Assembly (NCBI GenBank): GCA_051362555.1
Contig: CM120643.1
Coordinates: 372,001 to 436,000 of the forward strand
DNA length: 64,000 bases
Direction: 5' to 3'
From: Lingula anatina
Taxonomy: Eukaryota; Animalia; Brachiopoda
Shown: positions 1 through 13,236 of the stretch, one piece after another
How positions within the stretch are numbered: position 1 is the first letter of the stretch
Layout of the letters: every line of letters begins with the position of its first letter
Notes under the pieces: model-generated
Databases searched by the model: none
The model's input: the letters and a program-made list of their open reading frames with translations, nothing else
Told to the model about the DNA's origin: nothing
Position numbers and translations under genes: made by a program

Positions 1-2248
1 TTAGTAATTGTACAGCTAGATTAAAAGTTTGAATAGCAGCTTTATTGGTATTTTTTGTTATGTTTTATTTTACATTTTCTTTTAATTTTTTTATGCTGTT
101 TTTTCACTTTTTTCAACATATATGCAACATTAATAACACAATATAAGAAAAACAGCTTAGCCAATTGTCATTATACTCACAGGAGTGGTCAATCTTACAA
201 AAATGCAGGTTGAGTTCGAAAATCAGTGTTATCGGGCCATTATTTTAGAAGTTGTACTGTTTTTTCAAATTTCCTCAGATTCAATTCTTAGGCATGTTAA
301 CAGTCTCATTATTGAACTAATAAGATACGTAAAAGTGTGTGTTTGATATTTCCTGCATCTTTACAACATTGTTAGTTGATTATGTAAAAATGATGGTAAA
401 CTTGTTATCATGTATTGTGTAATCAAGTGTCCAAAACGGAAATAAACTCATATCATTGCAGTTTGTCAGATTCAATCATCCACATCTGCCATGATGACCA
501 TGATGGGAAAACCGTGTTCGTTATGATTGTCAAACTTTCAAAAAAGAAACACAGGACTAAAATGCAGCCCAAGTTGGAAAAGCAGTCTAATGGGCTTCTT
601 TTTCTGGAAGTTATTCATTTTAGTGAAATATTCATTATCTTTTTGGCATATTCATTGTGGGACTCGGAGCTCCCATGGACATGAAGCCGGATGGTAATCA
701 AATTTTCTACATGTTCATGCTATTTATAGTCAATAATCAAAAATTGGTGATAATTATTCTATAATTTATTATGTAATGTTACATCAAAATTGACAATAAT
801 CTTTTTGCACTGCTACTGCAAACATTATGAAAAGAAAACTGTGTTATTTATTATTATATTTAACTTAAGAGTATGATTTTTAGGATTGGCATGCAGTTCA
901 AATTAGAAAGCCAGGTCAGTTGGGTTATCATTTATTATTGAATTTAATGCAATTTTGTGTGAAATTTCATTTTTCTCATTCTGGCACTTTCTAAGTATAA
1001 ACTTGAACTCTGATGGGCCTGAAGCCTTATGCTTTTACTCTCATCGGTGTTACCTGTTGTGCAAAATTAAAATTTGATGTTGACTGTGCAGTTAAACATA
1101 ATGTATTATTGCATCAGAAGTGGTAGTCTCCTATTTTGTGCATTATTGTTTTGTGCTCTTCTTAAGTTGTGACTTATGGGCCTGAAAGACCTTTGAGAGG
1201 GTCAGTCTATAAATTTCCCTTGGGTATCACTTCGCTAATTTCAGTTATAAAGTAATTTGCCTAATTGATAGGCTACATAAAGCACACTTGTGATTTGAGA
1301 TTACATAAAGCACACTTGTTGATATTTCCCTGTAAACTCCCATAGGTTAAGCTCTCTGCTAGATTAATAATAAGGAAGCAGTGATAATTATGCAGGTAAA
1401 TTTTGTTTAATATTGCAAATAAGTTTTATATATATATATATATATATCAAACTGAAAGATTAAAAGTTTGAATAGCAGCTTCATTGGAATTATATTTACC
1501 TCTGCCAAGGAGGTTATATTTTCACCCCTGTTTGTCATCAACATAACTCAAAAAGTTATGGACCGATTTTGCTGAAATTTTCAGGAACTGTCAGAAGTGG
1601 GCCAAAGAGGACAAAAATCAATAATAATCAACAATTGCTACCTTGGCAGAGGTCTGCACTCTCGGAGTGCTTTTCTAGTTTTGTTGTTTTCCTTTATAAT
1701 TTTTTCTCAAACACTTGCATTTGTGACTTTAAACTCTCATCCGCCTGAGACTCTGACATTTCTGTTTTTCCACATAAGCAGTTGTATTGTTTTTTATGTC
1801 TTTAAACATTATGTTACTTATGTAATATTATTTTATGCACTGTCATCATTTTTCAAATATTAAGACTTACATCATGTGAATTTGAACTCTCATGGTCCTG
1901 AAACTGTAATCTTATTGAAAGGGTAGATTGAGACCATCTTCTGGGACTTCCGGAAGACAGTCAGGTTATTAAGTTTATATTGCCTGGTATCTATTTTTTC
2001 TTCTGTTGGAAGACCATCAAAATGGAGGATGGATCAAAATAGATACTTTGGAATACTGTCAGAAAATATCTGTGGGTCCGCTCATGTTATTGACCATTTT
2101 ACCTGTTGTGCATGATTAAAATTCAGTGTTGACTGACAGTGCTATTATAAGCATTATTTATTATTGCATCAAAATTGACAAAATGACCTATTTTGCATCT
2201 TTATTTTCTGTTTTTTGTCTGTACATTTGACAGCTTTGCTGCCTTGTT
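1..2248 (+). mobile_element. 3' part of a long non-autonomous Helentron-like (HINE) element, family A; near-identical to 6018-8671
   Basis: Matches 6018-8671 almost base for base. Ends in TTTGTCTGTACATTTGACAGCTTTGCTGCCTTGTT, the terminus shared by all family A copies (subterminal IR TGTCTGTACAT plus CAGC-TTT-GCTG hairpin). Confidence 0.75.
1494..1679 (+). mobile_element. Short HINE/DINE-1-like element (family B) nested in the family A element
   Basis: Starts TTTACCTCTGCCAAGGAGG; inverted copy CCTTGGCAGAGG at 1641; 3' hairpin GCACTC-TCG-GAGTGC, then CTAGTT. A paralogous empty site is visible at 21-70. Confidence 0.7.
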
Positions 2249-3104
2249 ACTCTCTTCAGTTTGGGTCATAGAATTACTTTTAATTCACTTCTTTTCTCTG
2301 CTTTCCATGCAAGAATAGTTTTGACATGTGCATGTACAGCATTGTGTGTAGCTTTCTATAGGGTTCTCCTTACTAGAGGGTCAGTACATTTCAGAGGTGA
2401 GCAAATTGTCACGTAGGGCCTGACCTGAAATATAACCCTGCAACTGTTTGAGTTTATATGTCTGCTAACTAGAATACTTGGTCTATCTTATTGTCATACA
2501 TTGACCATTTAGTAGTTGCAACAAGTCAGATTGAATGTTTACTTTTCTTTCGTGAGGGCTTGGATGTTTCTATGATGAGACCCAAATCACTGGTAAAGTG
2601 GAATAGGAAGTGGTTTGTGATCAGTGTGATGATGACCCAGTTCAAATTAGAAGTTTAGATATGTTAAAAGTATTCTCAAAGACTATTAGGACTTCAGTCT
2701 TCATTCTGCAACGTTTGTTGGCACCTTTTGACCATGATGAGGAAGAATTGAAAGTTGCATTGGTTTAGACAAAAGTTAGACCACAGTGACACATCTAAAT
2801 TGCTGAATATCACAGTTAGTTTGGCTTGTGTTAATTGCTGTTGATGTTGAGGAGGGAGTAGTGTCTGTAGAACTCGGCTCTCATCTTTTATATGACTTTG
2901 GCCTGTATTTCAAGATTAAATTAGGAAGATTAAAATGGCAAAAAAAAATTTCTGGTGGTAAAAGGTCTTCCTGCTTCTCTTCAGAGAGGGATCCGGTATG
3001 AATTGATGTATATATGAGCAGTCACGAGTTTGGGGTCAACAGGTTAATTCTCACAGGTATGAGAGCTGTTGTAGGGCTTTATTAAGGCAGCTTTTCATCA
3101 CCTT

Positions 3105-3139
<35 letters not shown>

Positions 3140-3984
3140 TGCTTCATTATCTATATATGATATCTTTTCATATAGCTTATTTATTTATTTAATTGCATGG
3201 AAAACAAAGCTTTTAACCATCGTGATATTGCCTGGCATGTAATAAGCTGCCCCCCCACCCCACCCCCCTCATGTGAACAGATACTTTGAGGAGTGTAGAG
3301 TATGTAAGAATGGAGCAATGAGAACCTTTCCAGATAGCCACATCACACCTAATAAAAAAAGCAAAAATAAGGCTAGCCTGCCCTCATGTGGATTCCTACA
3401 TGTTCTCTAGTGTTATGTGAGACCATACAATGCCAGCAGTTACGTGTCACTTGTCAAGTGTTACTGTCATGTTTCAACCAAATCTACTGGAACAGAAGCA
3501 GCAGTTCTTGGTGACCCTCAGCAAGCATTTCAGTGTTACCTAATAGAATGGGATGGGGAGATTGCACGAGTTGTTTCTGCATTGCATGGGACTTTCGTTT
3601 TTGATTTTAGATTCCTTTGCTGCGCTTTTAGTTTAATATGGAATTTAACGATATCAGCTTGCATGCATGAAATAATGCTTAGACTAATGGAAGATAGGCA
3701 TATACTTATAGAAGAATATATTGGTGGTATATTTTGAATAAATAGTCTTTTCAAATAACACAGCAGATAGTTTAAGGTTATTCTTTCAGCATCCTTAGTT
3801 ATAACAAACATATATCTCGTAACCCTGAGAGGTTGTGGCTGCACCATACAAAGACTGTGGAAAAATTTTAACCTATTTTTTTATGTACAGACACAGATGT
3901 GTCTGTACATATAGCCATCATCTGCGTCTGTCGTCGCCGTCGTCGCTGTCGCCGTCGTCGCCGTCGTCGTCGCCGTGCACTTTT

Positions 3985-4900
3985 ACCGATAACACGATAA
4001 ATGGAAAACTGTTTTTTCTTTTGGTATGAAACTTACAGAACTGATGAATATTCATAATACGCAGGTCAAGTTCGAAAATCAGCATGATCGGGTCACTTTT
4101 AGGGAATTTATGCTGTTTTTTCACTTTTTTCAGCATATATGCAGCACCGATAACACGATAAGTGAAAAACCATTTTACCTTTTGGCTTGAAAGTTACAGA
4201 ACTGATGAATATTCATAATACGCAGGTCAAGTTCGAAAATCAGCATGATTGGGTCATTTTTAGGGAATTTATGCTGTTTTTTCACTATTTTTCAGCATAT
4301 ATGCCGCATGATAACACCATAAGTGGAAAACCAATTTACCTTTTGGCTTGAAACTTGTAGAACTGATCAATATTCATAATACGCAAGTCAAGTTCGAAAA
4401 TCAGCATGATTCGATTATTGTTAGGGAATTTATGCTGTTTTTTCACTTTTTTCAGCATATATGCAGCACTGATAACACAATAAGTGGAAAACTGTTTTTT
4501 CATTTGGCTTGAAACTTACAGAACTAATGAATATTCATAATATGCAGGTCAAGTTTGAAAATCAGCAAGATCGGGCAATTTTTATGGAAGTTATCCTGTT
4601 TTTGTTTTTTGTTTTTTCAATTTTTTCAGCACTTTTATAACACCGATAACATGATAAGTGTAAAAATGTTTTTCCTTTCCTTGGATTGAAATTTACAGAA
4701 CTGGTGAATATTTATTATACGCAGGTCAAGTTTGAAAATTGGCATGATTGGACTATTTTTACAAAAGTAATGCTGTTTTTTTCCCTTTATTCAGCATACA
4801 TGCAACACTGATAACGCATTTTAAGGAAAACCAATCAGCCTTTTGTCTTGCAACTCACAGGAGTGATCAATCTGACCAGTATACAGATCAAGTTTGAAAA
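3985..4900 (+). repeat. ~161-bp tandem satellite array inside the HINE
   Basis: ACCGATAACACGATAA...GCAGGTCAAGTTCGAAAATCAGCATGAT recurs at 3985, 4146, ~4307 and onward. Confidence 0.85.
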
Positions 4901-7111
4901 TAAGCTTGATCCGTTAAGTTTTGATGAAGTTATTAGCCTTTTTGTATATAAGTGGTTTTTCTTCAGATTTAATTCTTAAGCATGTTAACAGTCTCATAAC
5001 GGTACTAATTGGATATGTTAAAGTGTTGTTTTAACATTTTCTGCTTCTTAACAATATTGTTAGTTGATTATATAAAAATGACGGTAAACCTATTATCCTG
5101 CATTGTGTAATAAAGTATCAAAAATGGAAAGGAACTCATCATTGCAGTTCGTCAGATTCAATCATTCACTATGTTCAGAATCTCCAAATGGAGCTAATTG
5201 GACATTATAAATTGTTCTATTGATATTTTTCCTATGTCAACAATTTTCCTAGTTGATCATTTAAAAATGACAGTTAATTGATGATGGTTTTATGTAAAAA
5301 AGGTGTTGAAAATGGAAAGAAAATCATTTCAGTACAGTTATCTCTTGTTAACATTTTGGCATTTTGAAAGTGTGACCCTAACTTCCATGTCCTTGGAGAC
5401 CTTTCCATATCACATTTTCTGAATATCCATGATACTTTTATTTTTTTATAAAAAATTTGATGGTCATTATGCTGTTAAGTATTATGTTATATTGCATGAA
5501 AGTTAAAGAAAACCCTATTTTGGACACTGCTGCCAGGATAGCGATTAAGGGAAAACCATGTTACTTATGATAATCAACCTTACTGAAAAGAGTGAAGTGC
5601 AGCTTGTGTTGGAAAACCATCGTAATTGTTTTCTGTTTTGAAAGCAATGCAGTACAGTGCTATTTGGTGCAATAAATGTATATGGATAGTAGGCAGTTAA
5701 TTCAGGGCCATAAAATAATTTGCTTAATTGATTTTCAAGTTATTTCAGGGTTATAAAATAATTTGCTTAATTAATTTTCAAGTGGGTATTAAATGAGATT
5801 ACATAAAAACACATTGAGATTTCATTGTAAAGTCCCATCGGTTTAGCTTTCTTAACTGTGTCACATAATTAGGAATCGATGATTATTATGCAGGTAAATG
5901 TTATTTAATATGGAAAATAAGTTTACAAAAAAAAATTTGTGTAACGCTTACATTAATGCTAAAGATGAATAACAGTGCCTTATTATTCTCAAACTCAATA
6001 GGGTTATTCATATCATGTTAGTAATTGTACAGCTAGATTAAAAGTTTGAATAGCAGCTTTATTGGTATTTTTTGTTATGTTTTATTTTACATTTTCTTTT
6101 AATTTTTTATGCTGTTTTTTCACTTTTTTCAACATATATGCAACATTAATAACACAATATAAGAAAAACAGCTTAGCCAATTGTCATTATACTCACAGGA
6201 GTGGTCAATCTTACAAAAACGCAGGTTGAGTTCGAAAATCAGTGTTATCGGGCCATTATTTTAGAAGTTGTACTGTTTTTTCAAATTTCCTCAGATTCAA
6301 TTCTTAGGCATGTTAACAGTCTCATTATTGAACTAATAAGATACGTAAAAGTGTGTGTTTGATATTTCCTGCATCTTTACAACATTGTTAGTTGATTATG
6401 TAAAAATGATGGTAAACTTGTTATCATGTATTGTGTAATCAAGTGTCCAAAACGGAAATAAACTCATATCATTGCAGTTTGTCAGATTCAATCATCCACA
6501 TCTGCCATGATGACCATGATGGGAAAATCGTGTTCGTTATGATTGTCAAACTTTCAAAAAAGAAACACAGGACTAAAATGCAGCCCAAGTTGGAAAAGCA
6601 GTCTAATGGGCTTCTTTTTCTGGAAGTTATTCATTTTAGTGAAATATTCATTATCTTTTTGGCATATTCATTGTGGGACTCGGAGCTCCCATGGACATGA
6701 AGCCGGATGGTAATCAAATTTTCTACATGTTCATGCTATTTATAGTCAATAATCAAAAATTGGTGATAATTATTCTATAATTTATTATGTAATGTTACAT
6801 CAAAATTGACAATAATCTTTTTGCACTGCTACTGCAAACATTATGAAAAGAAAACTGTGTTATTTATTATTATATTTAACTTAAGAGTATGATTTTTAGG
6901 ATTGGCATGCAGTTCAAATTAGAAAGCCAGGTCAATTGGGTTATCATTTATTATTGAATTTAATGCAATTTTGTGTGAAATTTCATTTTTCTCATTCTGG
7001 CACTTTCTAAGTATAAACTTGAACTCTGATGGGCCTGAAGCCTTATGCTTTTACTCTCATCGGTGTTACCTGTTGTGCAAAATTAAAATTTGATGTTGAC
7101 TGTGCAGTTAA

Positions 7112-7488
7112 AGGTACATACGAACCGAGCATCGGTGGAGTGTGGATTCCGAGTAACACATGTAAACCACTTCTACTAGAATCTTATATGACTCAAATAA
7201 ATTTGACAAGCCAAGGGATAAACTGAATAGATCACTCGATCAGCCAAAAAAGACCTTTAGACTGCTCCTTTCTTTAAATTTATGGTTGTAAATTTAACCT
7301 ACTTCCGTGACCTACTTTCCTGCCCCATTGACATACAGCTTAGAATGCCAGCAGAAAAATCTGTTCAAACATCATTTTCGGGTAAAATTAAACAATGCTT
7401 TTTGGTAATTCTCTTAGTTATACTACTTGAAACTATATCCTGGCATTTGGTTGGTTTTTGTGACAAAAAATTGACTTTGTATGCATCT
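7112..7488. mobile_element. 377-bp MITE with TTAA target-site duplication (Kolobok-like)
   Basis: TTAA at 7108-7111 and 7489-7492. Imperfect TIR AGGTACATACGAA / TTTGTATGCATCT. Absent from the paralogous site at ~1092, which has a single TTAA. Confidence 0.85.
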
Positions 7489-7820
7489 TTAAACATAATG
7501 TATTATTGCATCAGAAGTGGTAGTCTCCTATTTTGTGCATTATTGTTTTGTGCTCTTCTTAAGTTGTGACTTATGGGCCTGAAAGACCTTTGAGAGGGTC
7601 AGTCTATAAATTTCCCTTGGGTATCACTTCGCTAATTTCAGTTATAAAGTAATTTGCCTAATTGATAGGCTACATAAAGCACACTTGTGATTTGAGATTA
7701 CATAAAGCACACTTGTTGATATTTCCCTGTAAACTCCCATAGGTTAAGCTCTCTGCTAGATTAATAATAAGGAAGCAGTGATAATTATGCAGGTAAATTT
7801 TGTTTAATATTGCAAATAAG

Positions 7821-7868
<48 letters not shown>

Positions 7869-7912
7869 AACTGAAAGATTAAAAGTTTGAATAGCAGCTT
7901 CATTGGAATTAT

Positions 7913-8098
7913 ATTTACCTCTGCCAAGGAGGTTATATTTTCACCCCTGTTTGTCATCAACATAACTCAAAAAGTTATGGACCGATTTTGCTGAAATTTT
8001 CAGGAACTGTCAGAAGTGGGCCAAAGAGGACAAAAATCAATAATAATCAACAATTGCTACCTTGGCAGAGGTCTGCACTCTCGGAGTGCTTTTCTAGT
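7913..8098 (+). mobile_element. Second copy of the short HINE family B element
   Basis: Matches 1494-1679. Confidence 0.7.
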
Positions 8099-9340
8099 TT
8101 TGTTGTTTTCCTTTATAATTTTTTCTCAAACACTTGCATTTGTGACTTTAAACTCTCATCCGCCTGAGACTCTGACATTTCTGTTTTTCCACATAAGCAG
8201 TTGTATTGTTTTTTATGTCTTTAAACATTATGTTACTTATGTAATATTATTTTATGCACTGTCATCATTTTTCAAATATTGAGACTTACATCATGTGAAT
8301 TTGAACTCTCATGGTCCTGAAACTGTAATCTTATTGAAAGGGTAGATTGAGACCATCTTCTGGGACTTCCGGAAGACAGTCATGCAGGTTATTAAGTTTA
8401 TATTGCCTGGTATCTATTTTTTCTTCTGTTGGAAGACCATCAAAATGGAGGATGGATCAAAATAGATACTTTGGAATACTGTCAGAAAATATCTGTGGGT
8501 CCGCTCATGTTATTGACCATTTTACCTGTTGTGCATGATTAAAATTCAGTGTTGACTGACAGTGCTATTATAAGCATTATTTATTATTGCATCAAAATTG
8601 ACAAAATGACCTATTTTGCATCTTTATTTTCTGTTTTTTGTCTGTACATTTGACAGCTTTGCTGCCTTGTTTTTTATACGTGGTGTGTCAGTACATATAG
8701 TCACCAGCTGCCATCATCACCCTCAATGTCAGGCACCTTCCAATGTGAATATAATAGATTACGATGTAACTAACTGCAAACTTAAATTTACTAATTAAAA
8801 GCATAATTGCTGGACATGTTTATCATACTTTCATACAGTAAGCATTTATTGCATTTCCTCTTATACAACATTTTCATTAATTGACGTATATATATGAAAA
8901 TGGGATATGTAAAAGAAATAGTGACATTGTGAATCCATGCATGTAAAATTTATATATAAATGTGAACATTTGTTATCCCCAGACTAGCTACATGAACCAG
9001 TTTAAAACAAACCCATGGCTAAGGAATATACTGAAGTCATAGCAGAAGGAGATACATTGTCAACAGCACCCAAGGCCATCCCTGGTGTCTTGAAGGACTA
9101 TTCACCATGAGAGATGGTTTCATTATCAGCATGTTAAGTACAGGAGCAATATCCCAGAAAAGTATTACTGAAAACTTGTAATTCAGAGTGCCTGGAGGAT
9201 GTTTCAGCATGGCAGTCAATTGAATTGTGAAGTGTTTATGGTGATGTTGAATGATCTATCAAGTTAAGATTAGAATCCCACTCCTATGTTCCCAGCAGGG
9301 TGAATACCTGCAATCGTTATCTTATGAAACCATTGTATGG

Positions 9341-9940
9341 CAAGGACTGCAATTGTCAGCATTGTACTGCAAGGACATCATCATTGTCAACATTGCACTG
9401 CAAGGACGTCATCATTGTCAACATTGCACCTCAAGGACATCATCATCACCATTGTCAACATTGCATGGCAATGACATCACCATTGTCAACATTGCTTGGC
9501 CAGGACATTACAATTGTCAACATTGCACTGCAAGGACATCACGATTGTCAACATTGCGTGGCCAAGACATCACGATTGTCAACATTGCGTGGCCAAGACA
9601 TCACGATTGTCAACATTGCGTGGCCAGGACATCACCATTGTCAACATTGCACTGCAAGGACGTCATCATTGTCAACATTGCAGGGCAAGGACATCACCAT
9701 TGTCAACATTGCACTGCAAGGACGTCACCATTGTCGACATTGCACTGCAAGGACGTCACCATTGTCGACATTGCACTTCAAGGACATCATTGTCGACATT
9801 GCACTGCAAGGACTTCACCACTGCAAGAACATTGCATGGCAAGGACTTCACCATTGTCAATAAGAGACAACTCAGTCTTGAATCTCATATAAGAAGTATT
9901 AACAATTTCAACATTGCAAGGACATCACCATTGTCAAACA
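9341..9940 (+). repeat. 31-bp minisatellite, ~17 copies plus a degenerate tail
   Basis: Unit CAAGGACATCAYCATTGTCAACATTGCACTG, directly abutting with no spacers. Confidence 0.9.
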
Positions 9941-12900
9941 TGGTTAGGATACTGTAATAGTCTAGTCAAAGCGGTGGCAAGAGTTATCAGTTGGCTTTGA
10001 TGAAGTGGTATCATAGGTAAACCTGTTAAACTTGTACCAGTTTGTAGCGAATTCTTTTTTTTTTTCCCAAAATGGCTGCCAGATCAAGCTGGCCGCCCAC
10101 ACATAAGAAAGTGTTTGTGCTGCTTTCTTGCTACGTTTGATACTGGAAAACCATCACTACAACAGGTAGCCCTGCCAGGTTTATGAATAAGGAACCCAAA
10201 ATGTCAAAGTGGGTATAATTTCCAGGATTGCTACCCATGGAAGTTTTATGGTTGATATCTCTTGATAACCAGCAAACAATTAATGTGCCAAACAGTGTTT
10301 TTAAAATACATAGATGTACTGGCAATTGAGGGCTATAAATGCTAACATTTTAAATCTGACAAATTTTCATAGAATTTACTCTGTGTTCGTCTTAAAACAC
10401 ATGAATGCTTATGGGATGTAGTCAGAGGTGGTATAATTAGTATTATTATTTTTTGCATGATGAAAAGATATTTTATGTCAGGTTATCATGTCTACAAACT
10501 GACAGCAGTTCAATATATATAAAGTTGATGTAAGCTATGGGTTTCAATACATCCACATATTATGTTATAAGAACTGTATAGTACTGATATTGAGATTGTC
10601 TTCAAGTGATGCAGTTGTAATTCAACATAATGGTAAATGGTAAGTGTATGTATCATTATGAAGAACACATTGGTAGAAAGTTGGTGAGTACATAGGCATC
10701 AGTGGTGAGAAGAATCTCAACTTCCTGCATGTAAACTAGGACCTATGATAGCTTGTTGAGTCCTAGATATAACGAAATCCTTTTTAGTGTCATTTTTTTG
10801 CCAACAGGGAACTTTTCTGGTACAACATCGTTTCATTTAAATTTTGGTATCCTTGTCATCTTTTAGGGTATTTTTGCACAGTATTTTTTTTCATATATTA
10901 TTTGAATTTAGTACTTATTTATAATTAGTTGTATTCACTGTTAGTTTTATCTAAAAAAGACATTGCTCAAAATACAAAAAAAACAAAAAAAAAACATTTG
11001 CATCAGTTGGACAGGCAATAGTTCTAGTCAATCTCTTCATGTTTTTACTGTGAGGATTAAAACAGTGTAGTTTATCTGAATATCTTATTTTACACAGGAA
11101 TTTTACTTACCTGAGATATTTTTGGTCTAGTCTGAGGCCTCGTCAGAGTTGTACTGGACATGCAGAGCATAGTTTTTGAAGGGTGGAATAAAGCATAATG
11201 AATTTACACTGGTTTATTATAATACTCACTCTCTATCAACACATTGGGTTATGTTTATTTATGTGGGGCAAAGCAGTGTCGTGCTGGTGATACTTGGAAT
11301 GTGTTGTCAGAGTTAAAATGCTTGTCAGAATTGTTCTGCAGTATTTTTTTTTTATTAATAATATCATGTAATGATCAGTCTGGAACAAAAATTGAAATGT
11401 TTGAAATCTGCTTTCCGTTGTTATATGAACTGGAGCCAGTGTCAGGAAGACATTGTGAAGACATTGTGAACCCAATGTGGCCAGGTTTTGACCATGGCTT
11501 TAGTTGCCAGGTGCAAGTGCCTGGTCCTGAAATTTGCTACAGTAGATCCTAACAAAATCAAGTCCACTGATTATCAAATAACACTGCAAGAGATAATGCA
11601 TGCTACATATTATAGAAAAATCAAAAGTTACAACATTAGCAATATTCATTGTTAGCATTCTAAAGTGATATTTCATATAGTTAATGTCAAGTAAATATTT
11701 ACACCTGCACATTTTAAAGTAGGTGTATCATGTTTAATGTTTGGGTCTGATGGAAGAGAATGGGAAACTCGGTGGTTATCTTACTTGTTTAAAAGGTTGA
11801 AATATTCTATAATAATATGGTATGCTGACAGAATGCTCTTGGTAGGAATTTTTCTTTTATTTTGCAGTGAATCTCATTCCTTTGGAGAGATATACATATT
11901 ATTTATAGTAAAGAGTAGAGAATTTTGAATTGTTGAGTAACTGGATGAAATATTTCTTTTCTTAGGGTCTCATTATTTACATGTTAACAGCTAATATTTG
12001 GTTTAAAATGCTATGTGATGTGATAACTTGAGTTAAAGTACAGGGGTAAAGTTACAATCACATCTTGTGTACCCACAGTCCGGGCTCATCAGTGCATTTT
12101 AATTATAATTATTTCTGTTTATTGAATAAAGTCCGAGTTTTAATTATTTAAGTGTTCAGTCTTTGAGTACTGGGGGGTGTACGTTATTTCACTGGCATAC
12201 TAAATGTAATTTTACACATGCACAGGATATCTAATAGAAGAAAAGAAAAATCCCTGTTTAATTTTACATGCGTATAGGATATCTAAAAGGGGGGAAATTA
12301 AGAAAAATTACATGCCATCTAAAAAGGGAATACTTGTTATTTTCAAACTTACTGAAAAAAATCCATTACACTTCAGTAGCTTGTGTAGGAAAAAAACAGT
12401 CATACTCTGCTGGAAGAAATGCAGTTTTTTATGACATTTTCATTTTTCACATACTTGCCTTTTCAGCAAGACTTGGGTTCGAAAACTGGCGCTTCTGGGT
12501 CCAAGTAAATTACCTTTTGCAAAAAAAGAAAAAAAAATCAAATTTAAACTCCAATAAGAGAGTTCTAAGACCTTATCAAAGGCAGGATGTGTCAGTGGCT
12601 CAGTAGATAAGACGGCAGGGCAATAAGTAGGGTGTAGGTAGGCGAGCTAAGAAAAATGAAATTACTTTTGCAAGTTTTGAACAAAATAAATATTTGTGCG
12701 TTTATTATTATTGTCAACATGAATGATTTACAGCATTAAAAGTTTTACACAAATGATGAAAGTATAACATTTTGTGCGCCAAATTCAAATAATATAAATT
12801 CAAATTTAACAAACAGAAGAAAGGATATTTAAATAAAACAAGTCGAAAGTTAATACATTTTAGCATTGTTACTTAAAGACGGAATCCTCTGATTAATGTA

Positions 12901-13236
12901 AAAAAAAAAAAAACAGTTCAAGATCGTACAATTTGAAAGACGGATAATAGTCAAAATGGATTTTAAACAAATTGTACTAGCAACTTTTTGTCAAAGTTGA
13001 CATTATTGTCGAGTCTTCATCGAATTCCATTAAAAAACATTTCCGTCCAAATTCAGAGGTTGTAACAATTTTAAGAATGCAAATAATCTGCTGTAAGCGT
13101 CATTCGTGCACTAACGCACACGCGCATGTAAGCACACCTTGTCCTATGTCGTCGTGTTAATGTTTGCACATCAAATCCAACAGTAACCAAAATTTCTTCA
13201 TGTTTGTAAGATGCCTGGTTGTTTTGCCAATCGATC

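Larger units (their letters stand above)
3876..8671 (+). mobile_element. Full ~4.8 kb HINE family A element
   Basis: T-run, hairpin ATGTACAGACAC-AGAT-GTGTCTGTACAT, (GTC/GCC)n microsatellite, ~161-bp tandem array (3985-4900), degenerate repeats, then the family terminus at 8640-8671. Confidence 0.75.

Noticed and set aside
415-8282. Duplicated short ORFs (415/6431 and 1597/8016)
   Set aside because: They lie in duplicated transposon sequence, have non-ATG starts and show no protein motifs.
1-8671. Segmental duplication or assembly artefact
   Set aside because: Identity stops exactly at the shared element terminus, and the copies differ by a MITE and by (TA)n length.
9341-9940. CRISPR-like array
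   Set aside because: Units abut with no unique spacers; eukaryotic context; no cas genes.
10140-10280. Possible tRNA-derived SINE fragments (also 12590-12640)
   Set aside because: Only weak single A- or B-box resemblance; no cloverleaf and no second copy.
11110-11150. Minus-strand hammerhead-like CTGACGAG..stem..AAAA
   Set aside because: The core G is missing and stems I and III are unconvincing.
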